From an uncultured bacterium (GTDB taxonomy: Bacteria; Margulisbacteria; WOR-1; JAKLHX01; JBAZKV01), in contig CAYUCV010000010.1 of the NCBI GenBank assembly GCA_964443545.1, positions 1 to 47,241 on the forward strand: a stretch of 47,241 nucleotides of DNA, given 5' to 3'. Below the pieces are notes generated by a model that worked only from the letters and a program-made list of their open reading frames with translations, was not told where the DNA came from and searched no databases. Position numbers and translations under genes: made by a program. This document shows, one piece after another, positions 44,908-47,241 of this stretch; within the stretch, counting starts at the first letter, position 1, and the number at the start of each line of letters is the position of its first letter.

Positions 44908-44961
44908 GCTGAAGGCTGAAGCCTGAAGGCAGACAGTATCATTAACTTCAGCCTTTCTGCC
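44908..44961. repeat. Heptamer repeat/inverted-repeat element in the proC-NHL intergenic region
   Basis: gctgaag gctgaag cctgaag (44908-44928), followed by the inverted copy cttcagcc (44946-53). ggcaga (44929-34) can pair with tctgcc (44956-61). Same heptamer style as the dnaX tract. Confidence 0.6.
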
Positions 44962-44990
44962 TATCCGCCTCTTTGCCTGATCAAGCGCCG

Positions 44991-45812
44991 CTATCCCGCC
45001 AGCTCCCGGCTTATGCCCCCTGCTCTTGCGGCAGCAGCATATACCGCATCCGCTACTATCTGAGAAAACCCGGCCTCTTCGAACACCTTAAGCCCTTCAA
45101 CAGTCGTTCCCCCGGGGGAGGCGACCATCTCTACCAGCTCTTTGTGGCTTTTGCCGGTTTCTTTTAGGGCCTTTACGGAACCTATGGCTGTCTGAACCGC
45201 CAGAAGATAAGCGGTCTGACGGTCAAGACCGGCCTTTATTCCCCCCTCGGCAAGTGCGGCAACGAACTCATAGACAAATGCGGGCCCTGACCCTGATAGT
45301 CCCGTAACGGCATCAAAGTGCTTTTCACTGACCACTACAGTTTTTCCAAGGCAGTCAAATATCTCCGTCGCCGTTTTTATGTCCGAGCTCCCGGCATTCT
45401 TCCCGGCTGCGATCGCAGTCATTCCCTCCCCTATCAAGCACGGGTTATTGGGCATTGTTCTGATTACCGGACAGCCCTTGAGCTCTTTTTCGAGAAAGGA
45501 AAGAGGGACCCCTGCTGCTATAGAAATTACAAGCTGCGAAGCTTTTATGTCATCTTTGATCTGCAGCAGGACTTGTGCCATGTTCTGCGGTTTAACCGCA
45601 AGAATGATTACATTACCGGCCCAAACTGCCCTGTTGTTGTCCTCGCAGGAAATGACCCTGAATTTTCGCGCAAGGGCCTTTGCCCTTTCGGCATCTTTGT
45701 CCGAGATATAGATGCGCCCGGGAAGATACAGTTTCTTTTTGATTATGCCTCCTATTATGGCCTCGGCCATCCTGCCGGAGCCTATAAAGGAGAGCTTTTT
45801 GCTTGAGGGCAT
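44991..45812 (-). CDS. proC: Pyrroline-5-carboxylate reductase
   Basis: FIGSGRMAEAIIGG Rossmann N-terminus, MPNNPCLIGEGMT, and the C-terminal dimerisation domain SPGGTTVEGL. Confidence 0.95.
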   Translation of the reverse strand: MPSSKKLSFIGSGRMAEAIIGGIIKKKLYLPGRIYISDKDAERAKALARKFRVISCEDNNRAVWAGNVIILAVKPQNMAQVLLQIKDDIKASQLVISIAAGVPLSFLEKELKGCPVIRTMPNNPCLIGEGMTAIAAGKNAGSSDIKTATEIFDCLGKTVVVSEKHFDAVTGLSGSGPAFVYEFVAALAEGGIKAGLDRQTAYLLAVQTAIGSVKALKETGKSHKELVEMVASPGGTTVEGLKVFEEAGFSQIVADAVYAAAARAGGISRELAG

Positions 45813-45815
45813 CCC

Positions 45816-46256
45816 CTACATCCTGTTATGGAGAAGGTTGTCCTGTGGGGCCGAGCCTTCCTGTCCGCTTGAGGAATTATCAGAGATGGAAATGCTGCTC
45901 GGCGAAAGAAGAAAGATAGTGTCGGATATCTTTGTCATGTGCCCGTCAATTGCAAAAGCCGTTCCGCAGACAAAGTCTATAAGGCGCATCCCCTCCGAAG
46001 AATCAAGGTATTTAAGATTGACGATGACCGGATCTCCCGCCCTGAGCCGCGCCGATATCTGCAGGGAATCTTCATATGCTCTGGGCTCGTACAGCATGAT
46101 CTCATAATCGCTGCTGGAAGCCTTTTTACTGGACCTGGGCTTGATGGGGCCAAGATCAACAGCCGTTTTTTCAGACTTGGGCATATAATCATCCGTTTGC
46201 CCATCATCAGCCAGGCCTATGAACGCTTTTGCCGTGTTCCAGATGTTCTCCACCAT
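45816..46256 (-). CDS. sepF: Cell division protein SepF
   Basis: N-terminal membrane-targeting helix (WNTAKAFIGL), linker, and core IMLYEPRAYEDSLQISARLRAGDPVIVNLKYLDSSEGMRLIDFVCGTAFAIDGHMTKISDTIFLLSP. Confidence 0.92.
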   Translation of the reverse strand: MVENIWNTAKAFIGLADDGQTDDYMPKSEKTAVDLGPIKPRSSKKASSSDYEIMLYEPRAYEDSLQISARLRAGDPVIVNLKYLDSSEGMRLIDFVCGTAFAIDGHMTKISDTIFLLSPSSISISDNSSSGQEGSAPQDNLLHNRM

Positions 46257-46276
46257 TACAGTTCTCCTTTCTTCTC

Positions 46277-46942
46277 CTAGGTTCCAAATATTGCGGTACC
46301 TATCCTGATCATGTCCGAGCCTTCTTCTATCGCTGTTTCAAAATCCCCGGACATGCCCATTGATAGACATTCTAAACCCAATTCCTTTTTAAGTAAAGAC
46401 ATTTTTTTGAACCAGGGCCTTGAATCTTCGGGGTCAGTAGAATATGGGGCCATTGTCATAAGCCCCTGCACTTTTATATTAGACAAAGTGCCGCATTGGG
46501 AAAGAAGTTCTTTTATGTCTTGCGGGCTCACTCCGAATTTTGAAGCTTCACCAGAGATATTCACCTCCAGCAGCACAGGGAACACAAGCCCTCTTTTGCC
46601 CGCTTCCTTATCGATCTCCTTGGCAAGCCGCAGAGAATCTACTCCGTGAATAAGGCAGAAAAGGTCAAGAGTCCTTTTTACTTTATTTGTCTGCAAATGA
46701 CCTATCATATGCCATCTAATGCCCTCTTGATCGGAAAGAGCCAGGATCTTCGGCTCCGCAGCTTGAAGCCTGTTCTCGCCAAAGTCCTCTATGCCGCAGT
46801 TCAAAGCTTCTTTTATCTGATCAAGTGTTGCGGTCTTTGTTACTGCCACAAATTTTATTTTAGAAGGGTCCCTGCCGGCTTTTTCGGCGGCTTTCTGGAT
46901 CCTTGCCCGTATCCGGACAATATTTTTTTCTATCTCCGACAT
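46277..46942 (-). CDS. yggS: YggS/YlmE family pyridoxal-phosphate homeostasis protein
   Basis: MSEIEKNIVRIRARIQKAAEKAGRDPSKIKFVAVTKT...FGENRLQ...HMIGHLQTNKVK aligns from residue 1 with E. coli YggS. I therefore prefer ATG 46942 over the ORF-track TTG at 46954. Confidence 0.9.
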   Translation of the reverse strand: MSEIEKNIVRIRARIQKAAEKAGRDPSKIKFVAVTKTATLDQIKEALNCGIEDFGENRLQAAEPKILALSDQEGIRWHMIGHLQTNKVKRTLDLFCLIHGVDSLRLAKEIDKEAGKRGLVFPVLLEVNISGEASKFGVSPQDIKELLSQCGTLSNIKVQGLMTMAPYSTDPEDSRPWFKKMSLLKKELGLECLSMGMSGDFETAIEEGSDMIRIGTAIFGT

Positions 46943-46952
46943 TTTGCTAACC

Positions 46953-46961
46953 AATATACCA
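46953..46961 (-). promoter_or_regulatory. Extended -10 element for yggS-sepF-proC, 10 nt from the ATG (leaderless-type)
   Basis: Minus strand reads TGgTATATT, then ggttagcaaa, then ATG at 46942. No SD. Confidence 0.35.
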
Positions 46962-47005
46962 CATATTCTTCGGCCTTGACTTTTGCTGTCCCGGCAGTAA
47001 ACTTA

Positions 47006-47014
47006 TGGTAGAAT
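47006..47014 (+). promoter_or_regulatory. Extended -10 element for the divergent plus-strand gene, 9 nt from the ATG (leaderless-type)
   Basis: Reads TGgTAGAAT, then ataggcaaa, then ATG at 47024. No SD. It mirrors the yggS arrangement (both end gcaaaATG). Confidence 0.35.
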
Positions 47015-47023
47015 ATAGGCAAA

Positions 47024-47241
47024 ATGAAAAAACCTCTGGTCATTCTGGCGCTGTGTTTGCTGCTTGGGGGTTCTGCTGTTTGCAACCCGTCCCCGCTTAA
47101 GATCGGGTCGCAGGTGCCGGAGCTAAAACTTCCGACGCTTTCCGGCTCCCCCTACGACCTTGCCTCCGACAGGGGCAAACCCGTTATCGTTGTTTTTTAC
47201 TCCACATGGAGCCGCTCCTGTTTGGAGCAGCTCGAGTTCCT
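47024..47241 (+). CDS. Secreted thioredoxin-fold protein (TlpA/ResA/AhpC-TSA-like), N-terminal 72 codons (runs off the window edge)
   Basis: Hand translation gives MKKPLVILALCLLLGGSAVCNPSPLKIGSQVPELKLPTLSGSPYDLASDRGKPVIVVFYSTWSRSCLEQLEF. It has a signal/lipoprotein-like N-terminus. The P.F.L....G....L.D..GK.V.V.FW.WC..C layout is present, but the active site reads WSRSC. Confidence 0.6.
   Translation, partial: MKKPLVILALCLLLGGSAVCNPSPLKIGSQVPELKLPTLSGSPYDLASDRGKPVIVVFYSTWSRSCLEQLEF

Noticed and set aside
44895-44990. Classical intrinsic terminator for proC
   Set aside because: Stems can be drawn from the heptamer inverted repeats, but no U-tract follows them on the minus strand, so I do not call a terminator.

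Overview
The window is 47.2 kb of compact bacterial chromosome. About 47 protein genes lie head-to-tail on the minus strand. Only the last, partial gene (47024..47241) is on the plus strand. No rRNA, tRNA, CRISPR array, transposase, prophage or recognisable defence genes were seen.

Gene content from high to low coordinates:
- yggS-sepF-proC
- a 1010-aa NHL-repeat surface protein with 12 blades
- a 47-aa zinc-ribbon gene abutting dnaE, then hisI and rplY
- a flagellar block: fliK, an FlhB-C-like gene, flgF, flgG, flgA, panD, flgH, flgI, flgJ-like, fliA, flgB, flgC, fliE, fliF, a half-length fliG, fliH, fliI
- glyS-proS-glyQ, running straight on from fliI
- a four-gene operon of poorly characterised enzymes
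- an orphan histidine kinase, alr, dnaX-ybaB-recR, a membrane protein, four-subunit pyruvate:ferredoxin oxidoreductase (porGDAB), HU and an R3H/AAA ATPase
- a roughly 4.4-kb adhesin gene broken by two frameshifts and coupled to a PorV/PorQ-like outer-membrane barrel

Most notable observations:
- FliG lacks the torque-generating C-terminal domain.
- An intact panD is embedded in the ring/rod operon.
- ProRS has no INS editing domain; a CxxC..CxxC knuckle sits in its place.
- A heptanucleotide repeat tract lies at the gamma/tau boundary of dnaX, followed by stops in both alternative frames.
- Two giant surface proteins share a T9SS-CTD/FlgD-Ig-like tail, and one is hard-wired to a PorV-like barrel.
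- Heptamer-based palindromic repeat families occur in several places.
- Several operon-first genes look leaderless.

The lineage cannot be assigned from sequence alone. L and P rings indicate a diderm. The gene content suggests an anaerobic, uncultured group.
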